A stretch of DNA of 64,000 nt from Parcubacteria group bacterium (GTDB lineage: Bacteria; Patescibacteriota; Minisyncoccia; UBA10092), in contig JACPLW010000002.1 of NCBI GenBank assembly GCA_016186325.1, positions 66,290 to 130,289 of the forward strand, read 5' to 3'. The notes under the pieces are model-generated. The model saw only the letters and a program-made list of their open reading frames with translations. It was not told the DNA's origin and searched no databases. Every line of letters starts with the position of its first letter. Within the stretch, counting starts at the first letter, position 1. The position numbers and the translations under genes were made by a program. This document shows positions 19,203 to 29,460 of this stretch, in pieces.

Positions 19203-20408
19203 ATGGCAGTAATTAATAAAAAAGAAAAAATCAAAACCCTCTTAACAAGAGCTGTTTCCAACGTTCTGGTCTCAGAACATTTGGAAAAAAGACTGATTTT
19301 GAGCGAAAAATTAAGAATAAAATTTGGCATAGACCCCACTGCTCCGGACATTCATTTAGGACATACCGTGCCCCTTATTAAATTAAAGCAATTTCAGGAA
19401 CTAGGACACCAAGCCGTTTTGATAATAGGCGATTTTACAGCTAGAATTGGCGACCCCTCCGGTCGCGATGAGGCAAGAAAAGCGCTGTCTGTTGCCGAGG
19501 TGAAAAGAAACATGAAAAATTATCTTATCCAGGCCGGGAAAATAATAGACATTGAAAAAACAGAAATTCATTATAACAGCGAATGGTTTTCTAAAATGAA
19601 AGCGGTAAATTTTTATGAATTAGCCGGTAAGGTGACGGTTCAGCAGATTCTAAAAAGGGAAGACTTTAGGAAAAGAATTGAAAACGACAGAGATATTACC
19701 GCTAACGAAATGATGTATCCAATTTTTCAGGGTTACGATTCTGTCATGATAAGGGCTGACGTTGAAATAGGCGGCGAGGATCAATTAGTAAACCTTTTAA
19801 TGGGCAGAAGAATTCAGCGCGCTTACGGAATGCCGGAGCAGGATGTCTTAGCAACGTGGCTTATTGAAGGTACAGACGGCGAAAGGAAAATGAGTAAAAG
19901 TTTCGGTAATTACATCGCCATATCCGAAAAGCCGGACAATATGTTTGGAAAAATAATGTCTATTCCTGACTCGCTGATCATTAGATATTTTAAGGCCTTG
20001 ACTCAAATTGCTGATGATAAAATAAATAAAATTGAATCGGACATGGAAGCTAAAAAGTTAAATCCCAAAGATTCAAAAACTCGATTGGCTTACGAAATTG
20101 TCAGAATTTATCATGGAGAAGAAAGGGCAAAAGAAGCGGAGTCTGAATTCGATCGAATATTCAAAAAACGGGAAATACCAGGGCAGGTTTCAGAAATGGT
20201 TTTAGATAAGAGCACTTATAACATTATTGATTTACTCGTGAAATTAAGTTTAGTGCCGTCTAAAAGCCAGGCACGCCGTTTAGTTTTAGAGCATGCGGTA
20301 AAAATAGGCGGGAAAACTATTAACGACCCGAAAGCTAGTATTAATATTACCTTAGATTTAGTGGTCCAGGTGGGAAAGAGGCATTTTAAGAGGGTCAAAG
20401 TAAAATAA
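19203..20408 (+). CDS. tyrS: tyrosyl-tRNA synthetase
   Basis: Class I HIGH (DIHLGHTVPL) and KMSKS (KMSKSFGN) motifs; C-terminal S4-like domain; 401 aa. Confidence 0.85.
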   Translation: MAVINKKEKIKTLLTRAVSNVLVSEHLEKRLILSEKLRIKFGIDPTAPDIHLGHTVPLIKLKQFQELGHQAVLIIGDFTARIGDPSGRDEARKALSVAEVKRNMKNYLIQAGKIIDIEKTEIHYNSEWFSKMKAVNFYELAGKVTVQQILKREDFRKRIENDRDITANEMMYPIFQGYDSVMIRADVEIGGEDQLVNLLMGRRIQRAYGMPEQDVLATWLIEGTDGERKMSKSFGNYIAISEKPDNMFGKIMSIPDSLIIRYFKALTQIADDKINKIESDMEAKKLNPKDSKTRLAYEIVRIYHGEERAKEAESEFDRIFKKREIPGQVSEMVLDKSTYNIIDLLVKLSLVPSKSQARRLVLEHAVKIGGKTINDPKASINITLDLVVQVGKRHFKRVKVK

Positions 20409-20426
20409 TAAAAGACGCGGATTAAA

Positions 20427-20462
20427 ACAAATCTCGCCCTGCAGTTGCGGGGCGAGATTTGT
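20427..20462. terminator. bidirectional rho-independent terminator (family CCCCGCAGTTGCGGGG)
   Basis: ACAAATCTCGCCCTGC-AGTT-GCGGGGCGAGATTTGT, a 16-bp stem flanked by T/A runs between convergent tyrS and the ruvC operon. Confidence 0.7.
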
Positions 20463-20463
20463 T

Positions 20464-20649
20464 TTACAATTCCTCGGCATCGGGTTCTTCGGATTCATCA
20501 AGCTCTTCGAGCTCGTCAAAACCAGTCTCTTTTACTCCAGGGTTTTTTGACTTTTCCTCGTCTTCGCCCAGCTCTTTAACCAATCCATCTTCGAGTTCCG
20601 TGTCTAAGTCAGCATCTTCACTTTGACTGTATGGATGTTTTTTGTCCAT
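20464..20649 (-). CDS. small highly acidic hypothetical protein (61 aa)
   Basis: D/E-rich ORF downstream of ruvC and ending 2 nt before the terminator; weak RBS; could be spurious. Confidence 0.3.
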   Translation of the reverse strand: MDKKHPYSQSEDADLDTELEDGLVKELGEDEEKSKNPGVKETGFDELEELDESEEPDAEEL

Positions 20650-20680
20650 ATTAAGATAATTTATTTTATTAATTTTAAGG

Positions 20681-21160
20681 CTAATTTTTTAGTTTAGGAT
20701 TAGTATAGCAAGCGGCAAGGGCGATGGCAATAGCGTCGGCGGCATCATCGGGTTTTGGTATTTTTTCAAGTTTTAAGATGTTTGCGACCATTTTTTGAAC
20801 TTGGCGTTTTTCAGCCTTTCCGTATCCGGTAACGGCGGTTTTTACCTCAAGAGGAGTGAATTCGCAAACATTAAGATTTAAAGAATTTGCGCAATTGATG
20901 ATTACGCCGCGCGCTTCGGAAACCGAGAGTGCTGTTTTAACATTTTTGGTAAAAAAAAGCTTTTCAATTGCCAAAGTTTGAGGATTATATCTTGAAATCA
21001 ATTCAGAAATTAATTCGGAAATCGTTTTCAACCGTTCTATTTGGCTGTGATTTTTTAATTCTAAACAGCCGTATGTTATCAGTTCAGCCTCGCTGTTGCT
21101 TTTCTTTATTACAGAGTAGCCGATTCGCGCCGTTCCAGGGTCAATTCCCAGTATTATCAT
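20681..21160 (-). CDS. ruvC: Holliday junction resolvase RuvC
   Basis: MIILGIDPGTARIGY start and RNase H-like fold motifs; 159 aa. Confidence 0.9.
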   Translation of the reverse strand: MIILGIDPGTARIGYSVIKKSNSEAELITYGCLELKNHSQIERLKTISELISELISRYNPQTLAIEKLFFTKNVKTALSVSEARGVIINCANSLNLNVCEFTPLEVKTAVTGYGKAEKRQVQKMVANILKLEKIPKPDDAADAIAIALAACYTNPKLKN

Positions 21161-21680
21161 AGATTTCGTTTACATCTTGTTGTTCGTCTAAAGCTTCATA
21201 AAGCGCCGATAGTTCTTTTTTAACATCTTCGTTTTCTATTTTTACAGGCGCGTTAGGAATCCAATCAGCTCCTTCTCGCCTAAACATCCACTGGAGAGAA
21301 CCAATTTCGGCAAACTTGGCATTGTGTTCCGAGAGTATTTTCTTGATTTCTCCTAGAGTGCGATTTTTGTTGTCGGTTATCGCCGTAATCAAAATTGCCA
21401 CTCCGCCGGGGCCGAAAGCACCGTAGGTTACTTCAGTAAGCTCTGCGCCGGCGATCTCTCCAGTACCTCTTTTGACGGCTCTTTCAATGTTTTCTTTTGG
21501 CAGATTGACTTCTCGAGCCTTTTCAATCACAGCTCTAAGCGACGGGTTTTTGTCGGGATCGCCGCCTTTTCTGGCGGCAATGGTAATAAGAGAGGAAATT
21601 TTAGAAAAAACCTTGGATTTTTTAGCATCCGTCAGCGCTTTCTTATGTTTAATTGTAGACCACTTAGAGTGTCCGCTCAT
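21141..21680 (-). CDS. yebC: YebC/PmpR-family DNA-binding regulator
   Basis: Canonical start MSGHSKWSTIKHKK at 21680 (ORF-track start at 21797 is an upstream extension); conserved yebC-ruvC pairing. Confidence 0.85.
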   Translation of the reverse strand: MSGHSKWSTIKHKKALTDAKKSKVFSKISSLITIAARKGGDPDKNPSLRAVIEKAREVNLPKENIERAVKRGTGEIAGAELTEVTYGAFGPGGVAILITAITDNKNRTLGEIKKILSEHNAKFAEIGSLQWMFRREGADWIPNAPVKIENEDVKKELSALYEALDEQQDVNEIYDNTGN

Positions 21681-21795
21681 GATATTAATTATTCTCAGTA
21701 AGTTTAATTGTTGTGTCAATGTTTGACATATTAATAAATAAGAGCTACTAGTTAGACAATTCTTGATTCCGATAGTTCTTAATGGAGAAAAAAAC

Positions 21796-22215
21796 ATGAA
21801 GCCAATCCTGCAATTTCTAAAGATAAATATACTTCTGTTTTTAATATTGAATGCGTTGAGTTATATTGTAGCGGCGACGTTTTCGGGATCGTTTTTTATT
21901 CCCCTACAAAATTTCTTCTTCCCTTACATTTTCTGCGTATTCGGATTTGTACCAGTATCCTTGTTCGGGCTTATCTTTGGATATTTATGGCTCTACTTCT
22001 GTTTTTGGGCAGATGGAGAAATAACAGATGAGATGGGAGCAGCGTTTTTTGAATTTTTTATTTTTGTAGTATCAGTAGTTTCTACGATCGCGGTATTTAG
22101 ATACTCTGACGGGCTCAGTATCGTTTGGTTCTTGCGTGATATCTGGATTGGGTTTTTTTTGGCCTCACTCATAAACGCCGAAAAAGGCGAGAGATATTAT
22201 AAGAGTATAAGTTAA
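21796..22215 (+). CDS. small polytopic membrane protein, hypothetical
   Basis: 4 hydrophobic helices; start taken at MKPILQF; followed by a clean terminator. Confidence 0.4.
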   Translation: MKPILQFLKINILLFLILNALSYIVAATFSGSFFIPLQNFFFPYIFCVFGFVPVSLFGLIFGYLWLYFCFWADGEITDEMGAAFFEFFIFVVSVVSTIAVFRYSDGLSIVWFLRDIWIGFFLASLINAEKGERYYKSIS

Positions 22216-22227
22216 AATTAAATCTGT

Positions 22228-22262
22228 AATCAGCATTACTTACCACGAATGCTGATTTTTTT
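22228..22262 (+). terminator. rho-independent terminator
   Basis: AATCAGCATT-loop-AATGCTGATT followed by TTTTTTT. Confidence 0.65.
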
Positions 22263-22273
22263 ACTTTCAATTA

Positions 22274-23293
22274 TTATAATAAATTAGGATTTTCCGGCGG
22301 AAGCCGGAGTCCTAAATGTTCGTAAGCGAATTTGGTTGCGATGCGGCCGCGGGAGGTTCTCTGTAAAAATCCTATTTGTAAAAGATATGGTTCGTAAATG
22401 TCTTCAATGGTATCAAGCTCTTCGGAAGTGGCGGCCGCGAGTGCCTGAAGGCCGACCGGCCCACCGTTAAATTTTTTAATAATTGCATCAATTAAACGCC
22501 GATCGGTTGATTCAAGCCCTATTGCATCAACTTCCATTAAGTGAAGCGCTTTTTTGGCGATTTCCTCGTTGACTATCCCATCTCCTTCCACTTCGGCATA
22601 ATCGCGCACTCTTTTTAAAAGCCGATTAGCCACCCGCGGGGTAAATCTTGATGACTGGGCAATTAATTTTAAAGCTTCGGGTTCGGCTTGAAGATTCATA
22701 AGGTTGGCCGATCTTTTTAAAATATTTTGAATATCTTCAATCCCGTAAAAATCTAATCTAAAGGTGGCGCCGAAGCGGGAGCGCAGGGGATTTGATAATA
22801 ATCCGGCGCGGGTAGTGGCCGCGATAAGTGAAAATGCCGGTAAGTCCAATTGAAGAGTTCTGGCCGACGGTCCTTTGCCGATGATAATGTGGAGCATCCG
22901 GTTTTCCATTGCCGGATAAAGAATTTCTTCAACCGTTTTGTTCAAGCGGTGAGCTTCGTCAATAAACAAAATGTCGCCGGAATTAAGGTTGGTCAAAATT
23001 GAAGCCAGATCCCCAACTTTTTCAATAGCCGGACCGGAGGTAATTTTAATATTGGCGCTCATTTCCCTCGCTATAATGTAGGCCAAAGTGGTTTTTCCCA
23101 AGCCGGCCGGCCCATACAAAAGCAGGTGATCTATGGATTCAGACCGTTTTTTTGCCGCTTCAATCAGGATTTTTAAACCCGTTTTAACCTTCTCTTGGCC
23201 GATGTATTCGCTCCAATCGCGAGGCCTTAACGACTGGTCTAAAGTGCGGTCTTCGGGCTTTAGTTTTTGACTTGTAGTACTGTTAAGTTCCAT
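22274..23293 (-). CDS. ruvB: Holliday junction branch migration ATPase RuvB
   Basis: AAA+ Walker [12 protein letters not shown], sensor motifs, RuvB C-terminal winged helix; 339 aa. Confidence 0.95.
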   Translation of the reverse strand: MELNSTTSQKLKPEDRTLDQSLRPRDWSEYIGQEKVKTGLKILIEAAKKRSESIDHLLLYGPAGLGKTTLAYIIAREMSANIKITSGPAIEKVGDLASILTNLNSGDILFIDEAHRLNKTVEEILYPAMENRMLHIIIGKGPSARTLQLDLPAFSLIAATTRAGLLSNPLRSRFGATFRLDFYGIEDIQNILKRSANLMNLQAEPEALKLIAQSSRFTPRVANRLLKRVRDYAEVEGDGIVNEEIAKKALHLMEVDAIGLESTDRRLIDAIIKKFNGGPVGLQALAAATSEELDTIEDIYEPYLLQIGFLQRTSRGRIATKFAYEHLGLRLPPENPNLL

Positions 23294-23298
23294 TTGAT

Positions 23299-23397
23299 CC
23301 CGTTAGAAATCTAATTTAATTATATTAAATTTGCATTTTTATAAACTCATGAGTTGATTATCCGCCTCGCTTTGACTAAACATAAATTTCTAACGGG
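23299..23397. repeat. inverted-repeat pair CCCGTTAGAAAT ... 75 bp spacer ... ATTTCTAACGGG (copy b), 5 nt upstream of the ruvB start codon
   Basis: Perfect 12-bp arms at 23299-23310 and 23386-23397. Confidence 0.75.
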
Positions 23398-23639
23398 ATT
23401 GACAATCTCACTTAATTTAAGTATAATATAAAAATATGGCATCAGTTGTTCCTAATAACCTCGAGGCAATAAAGACTCTATTTTAAACCATAAGGTCTTT
23501 CTGGGGGCTTTTCCATGTCGGGTGATCTGGTTCCGATTGGATCATTGCACAACTTAGTCCTATCCCTTCAAGCTGGCTTGAAGGACCATTGCCTCGAGAT
23601 TATTAGGCGCAAGTCTACTCCGATTATTTATGAGATTTT

Positions 23640-25301
23640 TCAAAAATCGCCCAAGATCCTGGCTGCTTCTTCAACCGTGGTAATACCGCGGATTATTTTT
23701 ATTACCGCGTCCTGCACCATGGTAACCATTCCGGTTTTTTTGGCCACTTCTTTCAGTTGCGATTCGGTTGGCGAATTTAATATTAATTTTTCAACATCGC
23801 CTGTAACTTCAAAAAGCTCCATAACGGCTACGCGGCCAAGGTACCCGCCATGGCACTCCTTGCACCCTTTTGCTTCCGGAATCAAAACCTTATTGTTTAC
23901 TTCTATACTGCCTACTCTTGACGGCAAATCCTTCAAGATCTCACCGAATTTTGAAAGTTCGTCTTTGGTAATAGGTCGTTTCTCGGCGCATTTAGGACAG
24001 ATTCGGCGCAATAAACGCTGGGCCATTAATAAGTTTACGGCCGGAGCGATAATGGGCGGTTTAACGCCTAAATCAATCAGTCGCGGGATAGCGCCGATGG
24101 CGTCATTAGTGTGAATCGTTGAAAAAACCAAGTGGCCGGTTAGCGCGGCGTGCATCGCGATTTCGGCAGTTTCAAAGTCTCTTATTTCTCCAACCAGGAT
24201 GACGTCAGGGTCCTGTCTGACAATTGAGCGCAGGCCGTTCTCAAAAGTGTAGCCTTTATCCGGTTCAACTTGCGTTTGAGAAATGCCTTCAATATGGTAT
24301 TCAATCGGATCTTCTATAGTGATTATTTTAATGCCCGGCGAGAGAATTTCATTGATGAACGCGTAGAGAGTTGTGGTTTTCCCGGAACCGGTCGGACCGG
24401 TAGTGAGAATCATTCCGGTCGGAACGCTCAATTGTTTTTCAAGAACTTTTATATCGTCTTCTCTGATTCCGAGGTATTTCAAATCAAGCTTAACTGCGCT
24501 GGGGTCAAGGATTCTCATTACAATGTTTTCACCGTAAGCGCCCGGCAAAATTGAAGTTCTGATTTCTATCTCATCCCCGCCGCTTACAATCGTGAAGCGG
24601 CCGTCCTGGGCTTTTTCATGAATATTCAGTTTAAGCCCGGAGAGAAGTTTGATGCGGTTTAAAACAGGCGGGTAAACTGACGCCGGCATGAAGATAACAT
24701 CTTCCAAAACGCCGTCGCGGCGAAATCTTAAGCGGACGGTATCTTTTTCCGGCTCAAAGTGGATGTCGGATGATTTAAGAATTAAAGCGCTAGCCAGTGC
24801 CGCTTCTACTATTTCTGTAGCTTTTGACTCAAAAAGTTTCTCGGCGATTTTTTTAAAACTCTCCAAATCAACAATTTCTTTCTGGTATCTCACAAGACCT
24901 TCTTTTGAAATTTCAACCTGTCCGGTTATTTCTTTGGCTTCGCGGAGCTCGGGGTAACGTGAAAGCGCTTTTTTAAAGCTAGTTTGCGAAATGACAAAAA
25001 CTTTTACCTCATATCCTTCTTTTTGAAGCTCGGCAATGAGTGCTTGTGTTTCCTTGTCATTTGGATTTAAAACAGCAAGGTGAAGGATTTTGACCTTGCG
25101 GTTAATGACAGCCGCCTTGGCTTTTTCGGTTTTTTCTTTTTGTATTAATTTTAAGGAGTCTCCCTCAATTGGGATGAAAGACAAGTTAAGGTAGGGAAAA
25201 TTGGTTTTTTCCGCAAGCTGTTTAGCGCGATCCTCTTCTTCCCCGCGATGGACTTTTTCTAAAAATTCTTCTTGTTTTTTTTCCTTGCTTAAAATCATCA
25301 T
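23640..25301 (-). CDS. pilB: GspE/PilB-family type IV pilus/secretion assembly ATPase
   Basis: Walker A GPTGSGKTTTLYA, Asp box, His box and C-terminal tetracysteine motif (CPKC...CKEC). Confidence 0.85.
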   Translation of the reverse strand: MMILSKEKKQEEFLEKVHRGEEEDRAKQLAEKTNFPYLNLSFIPIEGDSLKLIQKEKTEKAKAAVINRKVKILHLAVLNPNDKETQALIAELQKEGYEVKVFVISQTSFKKALSRYPELREAKEITGQVEISKEGLVRYQKEIVDLESFKKIAEKLFESKATEIVEAALASALILKSSDIHFEPEKDTVRLRFRRDGVLEDVIFMPASVYPPVLNRIKLLSGLKLNIHEKAQDGRFTIVSGGDEIEIRTSILPGAYGENIVMRILDPSAVKLDLKYLGIREDDIKVLEKQLSVPTGMILTTGPTGSGKTTTLYAFINEILSPGIKIITIEDPIEYHIEGISQTQVEPDKGYTFENGLRSIVRQDPDVILVGEIRDFETAEIAMHAALTGHLVFSTIHTNDAIGAIPRLIDLGVKPPIIAPAVNLLMAQRLLRRICPKCAEKRPITKDELSKFGEILKDLPSRVGSIEVNNKVLIPEAKGCKECHGGYLGRVAVMELFEVTGDVEKLILNSPTESQLKEVAKKTGMVTMVQDAVIKIIRGITTVEEAARILGDF

Positions 25302-25533
25302 GTTTTAATCCTAAAATCCGTATTCTGTTTTAATTCTCTAATTTTGAGCTTTAATTTACAAGTATTATTGTCCCCAAGCTTTTTATATTATAGATGAACA
25401 TAACGCTGTTAAAATCTTCGGTCAAATAAAACTGTGGATAAGTTGAGCGCCATAAAGAATGCATTTTATAAGTGTTGCTTTAGCAGCACTTTTTTCTTTT
25501 CCGTTTATTTGCTACCATTTTCACATTAAAGTT

Positions 25534-25983
25534 ATGATTGAAGCAATCTCCAAATCGGCAAACGAGACAAAAAAGATTGCGGTCTCGCTAGCGGAAAAGA
25601 TAAAAAAGCGGCCGCTTTCAAAAGTAGCGCTTATTATTGCTTTGGAAGGCGATTTGGGCTCCGGTAAAACCACCTTTATCCAAGGGTTGGCTCAAGAACT
25701 GGGAGTTGAGGAAAACATTTTAAGCCCGACTTTCGTGATTCAAAAAGATTTTCCGCTTTCTTTAAAAAATTTTAAAAACCTTTATCACATTGACGCTTAC
25801 CGGTTGAAGAATCCGCTGGAACTTCTGGAACTTGGATTTGAAGACTTAATCAAAAATCCGGAAAATCTCATTGTTATCGAATGGGCTGATAAAGTTAGAA
25901 AGATTTTGCCAGAAAACATTTTAAAAATAAAACTTGTTAATTTAAAAGGCAGTAAAAGAAAGATTCAAATTTTCAATTTCTAA
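25534..25983 (+). CDS. tsaE: tRNA t6A37 biosynthesis protein TsaE
   Basis: P-loop LEGDLGSGKTTFIQGLA; start chosen at MIEAIS (ORF-track start at 25459 is probably an extension). Confidence 0.75.
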   Translation: MIEAISKSANETKKIAVSLAEKIKKRPLSKVALIIALEGDLGSGKTTFIQGLAQELGVEENILSPTFVIQKDFPLSLKNFKNLYHIDAYRLKNPLELLELGFEDLIKNPENLIVIEWADKVRKILPENILKIKLVNLKGSKRKIQIFNF

Positions 25984-26099
25984 TTTTCAATTTTCAATCA
26001 ATGATACAATTTAACAATTTTCAATTAATTCTTTATTGTTTGAAAATTAAATCATTGAAAATTCAATGAAAATTGCAAATTGAGAATTAAAAATTATTT
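25984..26099. repeat. AT-rich intergenic repeat (TTTTCAATTTTCAATCAATGA ... TCATTGAAAATTCAATGAAAATTGCAAATTGAGAATT), copy 1
   Basis: About 110 bp, nearly identical in order and sequence to 31031-31150; partly palindromic; upstream of polA. Confidence 0.7.
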
Positions 26100-28604
26100 A
26101 TGAAACGTCTTATTTTAATAGATTCTCACGCTTTAATCCACCGCGCTTATCACGCCTTGCCGCCGCTTACTACCAAAAGCGGCGAATTGGTAAACGCGGT
26201 TTATGGCTTTACTTCAATTTTAATAAAAACCATTTCCGGTTTTAAACCGGACTATATTGTTGCCGCTTTTGACGCTCCCGGCGCCACTTTCAGGCATGAG
26301 GAATACAAAGAATATAAAGCGACTCGCGTTAAAGCGCCGGATGAGCTATACATCCAAATACCGCGCGTCAAAGAAATCTTAAACGCTTTCAAAATTCCAA
26401 TTTTTGAAAAGTCTGGGTTTGAAGCCGACGATATTATCGGCACAATTTCCAAAAATTTAAGGGGAAAAAACGTCGAGGTTCTGATTTTAACCGGAGACAT
26501 GGACAATTTTCAGCTTGTCGGAAAAAACGTTAAGGTTTTATATTCTCCTCCCAGCGCGGCCAAAGAGCAGATCGTTTATGATTCTAAAAAAGTTGAGGAA
26601 CGTTTCGGCGGCCTTAAGCCGGAACAACTTATTGATTTTAAAGGTCTCAAGGGCGACCCCTCGGACAATATTCCGGGGGTCAAAGGTATCGGAGAAAAAA
26701 CCGCGATTGCTTTGATTGATCGGTTTGAGAATATAGAAAATTTGTATAAAACTATTAAAAAAGGAAAAATTAAAGAAATTAGCGCCGCTGTTTTTGAGAA
26801 ACTAAAGACCGGAAAAGAAGCCGCTTTTTTTTCAAAAAAACTAGCGACTATAAAACAAAACGTCCCGATAAAGTTCAACTTAAAAGAAAGCGAATTCGGT
26901 AAATTTGATAAAGAAAAACTCTTTAAATTATTGGGAGAGTTAGGATTTGTAAGTTTGGTAAATCGTATGGGCGGGGCTATGGCGGGCAAGCCCCGCGGAA
27001 GCGAAGCGACTTTGCGGGGCAGTCCCTCCTCCGCTAAAGCTATGGCGGGCAGGCAGGGGACTTTGGCGATGCCTCCAAGTGCCGATATCAAGGGCCAAAT
27101 CGGTTATGATTTCAAATCTTTTATTAAAACTCCAAAAGGGAAAAAAATAGTTATCGGCGGCGGCGATTTTGACGTTATGATTGCCGCCTACATTCTTAAT
27201 CCGGGCGAGCGCGATTATAGTTTAGAAAAATTGAGTTTGGGGGAATTTGGCGCGGTTTTACCGAAAACCGAAGCTGTTTTAAAACTGGCGCCAATTTTAA
27301 AAAACCGGCTGATTGAAACCGAAACCGAAAAAGTTTTTAAAGAAATTGAAATGCCTCTTATACCGGTTTTGGCGAAAATGGAAATCGCCGGAATAAAAAT
27401 GGATGTTAAAAAGATAAATAAATTAGATGATTACCTCGGGAAAGAATTGAAAAAACTTGAAAATGAAATTTATAAGTTAGCCGGCGGAGAATTTAACATA
27501 AATTCGCCTCAGCAATTATCAGAAATTCTTTTTTTTAAATTGAAAATTCCTGGGGCTTTGGCCGGGGGTCGCATTAGAAAGACACCCGGCGGCGCGCTTT
27601 CAACCGGAGCGGCGGAACTGGAAAAACTAAGGTCGGGGCATAAAATCATTGATTTTATTTTAAAATATCGAGAGCTGGCAAAGTTAAAATCGACCTATAC
27701 CGATACGCTGCCGAAATTAGTCGATAAAAACAAGCGGATTCACACCACTTTTAATCAAGCGGGGACGGCAAGCGGGCGGCTGTCAAGCCAGGACCCGAAC
27801 TTGCAAAATATTCCGGCCCGCGGCGCTTGGGGCGATAAAGTGCGCAAAGCTTTTATTGCCGAAAAAGGATACAAATTTCTATCCGTTGATTATTCCCAGA
27901 TTCATTTAAGAATTATCGCGGCGCTAGCTGATGATAAAAAGATGATTGAGGCGTTTAAAAACGGATTAGATATTCATAAATTTACCGCTTCCGAAATAAA
28001 CAATGTGCCAATTGAGAAAGTTACCGGCGAGATGCGTTTTGCCGCTAAGGCGCTTAATTTTGGAATAATTTACGGTATGGGAGCCTTAAGCTTTGCCGAA
28101 TCGGCCGGCGTCAGCCGCGAAAAAGCCAGAGAATTTATTACTGAATATTTGAAGGATTTTTCCGGCATCGCCCGTTATATGGAAATTCTAAAAAACAAAG
28201 CCAAAGAATTGGGATTTACCGAAACGCTTTTTGGCCGCCGGCGCTATCTTCCGGAAATTGATTCGCCAAACCCGATGCTTCGCGCTCAAGCCGAGCGGAT
28301 AGCCGTTAATATGCCGATACAAGGCCTTGAAGCCGACATTATTAAAAAGGCGATGATTGAAATTGATAAATGGCTGCGCGGAAATGACAATATTAGAATG
28401 ATTTTGCAAGTCCATGACGAACTACTGTTTGAAGTCAAAACGGGTTTTGTAAAAGAAGCGGCTAAAAAAATTGTAGAACTTATGGAAAGCGTAATAAAAT
28501 TAAAAGTGCCGATTATCGCAGAAGCCAAGGTGGGTGATAATTGGGGGGAAATGGAACCATACAAAAAATATGCCGGAATTGCCCGAAGTACAAACAATCG
28601 TTGA
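26100..28604 (+). CDS. polA: DNA polymerase I (5'-3' exonuclease plus polymerase domains)
   Basis: N-terminal FEN-like domain, polymerase motifs A/B/C (e.g. RRYLPEI, QVHDELLFE); carries a GC-rich in-frame insertion. Confidence 0.9.
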   Translation: MKRLILIDSHALIHRAYHALPPLTTKSGELVNAVYGFTSILIKTISGFKPDYIVAAFDAPGATFRHEEYKEYKATRVKAPDELYIQIPRVKEILNAFKIPIFEKSGFEADDIIGTISKNLRGKNVEVLILTGDMDNFQLVGKNVKVLYSPPSAAKEQIVYDSKKVEERFGGLKPEQLIDFKGLKGDPSDNIPGVKGIGEKTAIALIDRFENIENLYKTIKKGKIKEISAAVFEKLKTGKEAAFFSKKLATIKQNVPIKFNLKESEFGKFDKEKLFKLLGELGFVSLVNRMGGAMAGKPRGSEATLRGSPSSAKAMAGRQGTLAMPPSADIKGQIGYDFKSFIKTPKGKKIVIGGGDFDVMIAAYILNPGERDYSLEKLSLGEFGAVLPKTEAVLKLAPILKNRLIETETEKVFKEIEMPLIPVLAKMEIAGIKMDVKKINKLDDYLGKELKKLENEIYKLAGGEFNINSPQQLSEILFFKLKIPGALAGGRIRKTPGGALSTGAAELEKLRSGHKIIDFILKYRELAKLKSTYTDTLPKLVDKNKRIHTTFNQAGTASGRLSSQDPNLQNIPARGAWGDKVRKAFIAEKGYKFLSVDYSQIHLRIIAALADDKKMIEAFKNGLDIHKFTASEINNVPIEKVTGEMRFAAKALNFGIIYGMGALSFAESAGVSREKAREFITEYLKDFSGIARYMEILKNKAKELGFTETLFGRRRYLPEIDSPNPMLRAQAERIAVNMPIQGLEADIIKKAMIEIDKWLRGNDNIRMILQVHDELLFEVKTGFVKEAAKKIVELMESVIKLKVPIIAEAKVGDNWGEMEPYKKYAGIARSTNNR
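26966..27090. repeat. GC-rich palindromic element inserted in-frame in polA, flanked by a 13-bp direct repeat GCTATGGCGGGCA
   Basis: Direct repeats at 26975-26987 and 27047-27059 flank the hairpin CCCCGC-GGAAGCGAAGCGACTTT-GCGGGG; encodes GAMAGKPRGSEATLRGSPSSAKAMAGRQG in the linker between the nuclease and polymerase domains. Confidence 0.7.
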
Positions 28605-29451
28605 TGATTTAAATAAAAAAGTTAAAGGTTTAACCATAACCGATGTTTGGACCGATTGGCCCAAATATTTTAAGCGTTCAAGCGGGGGTTTTGACGGCTT
28701 TAAAAAAGAAATAAAAAATAAAAAAATAGAAAAAGTTTGGCGAGTCGGAAAAAACATTATTTTCGGTCTGTACGGCAATACGGATATGCTTATTCATCAG
28801 AAAATGACCGGGCATATTCTTATAGGTAAATGGAAATTTAAAGATAAAAATTGGCTTTCCCTCGAAAAGGGGCATTTAACAGAAAAAGTTAATGGCTATA
28901 TTCACGCGATGTTTCATTTTTCCAATGGCAAAATGATGGCTCTTTCGGACTTGAGAAAATTTGCCAAGATTTTGCTTTTTAACGATAAAGATTTAAAAAG
29001 TTTGGAAGACGTAAAAAACATCGGGCCAGATCCGCTTCAGGCGGGTTTCGGGTTTAACCAATTTAAAAGTTTGATAACCAAAAAAAGAGGGCCTATAAAA
29101 AAAAGTTTAATGGATCAAAATATTGTTTCCGGTATTGGCAATATTTATGCCGATGAGATTTTATTTACATCCAAAATCCATCCTCTCAAAAAGATTGAGA
29201 AGTTAACCGATAAAGAATTAAAGACGATTTTTGAAGCGGCTAAAAAAATTCTTAAAAAAGCCGTTCGCTTTCGCGGTACTTCCACTTCTGACTTTCGCGA
29301 CACTTCGGGAAAAAAGGGGCGTTACGGCGACGTGCTTCTTGTTTATCGGCGCGAAGGCGAAAAATGCCTTCGTGGCTGCGGGACGACAATTAAGCGAATT
29401 AAAATCGGCGGTCGCTCGGCTCATTTTTGCCAGAGTTGTCAAAAGTTATAA
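28570..29451 (+). CDS. mutM: formamidopyrimidine-DNA glycosylase
   Basis: Start MPELPEV (catalytic Pro2), H2TH region and C-terminal zinc finger CQSCQ; overlaps the polA 3' end. Confidence 0.85.
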   Translation: MPELPEVQTIVDDLNKKVKGLTITDVWTDWPKYFKRSSGGFDGFKKEIKNKKIEKVWRVGKNIIFGLYGNTDMLIHQKMTGHILIGKWKFKDKNWLSLEKGHLTEKVNGYIHAMFHFSNGKMMALSDLRKFAKILLFNDKDLKSLEDVKNIGPDPLQAGFGFNQFKSLITKKRGPIKKSLMDQNIVSGIGNIYADEILFTSKIHPLKKIEKLTDKELKTIFEAAKKILKKAVRFRGTSTSDFRDTSGKKGRYGDVLLVYRREGEKCLRGCGTTIKRIKIGGRSAHFCQSCQKL

Positions 29452-29460
29452 TTTTAAACC

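Noticed and set aside
21681-21797. N-terminal extension of yebC (ORF-track start 21797)
   Set aside because: Canonical YebC start MSGHSKW is at 21680; the extension would also overlap the divergent membrane-protein gene
23515-24114. 199-aa plus-strand ORF
   Set aside because: Antisense to the PilB/GspE ATPase C-terminal region; starts inside inverted-repeat copy b spacer with no RBS
26576-27091. 171-aa minus-strand ORF in polA
   Set aside because: Antisense to polA; largely generated by the stop-free GC-rich inserted element
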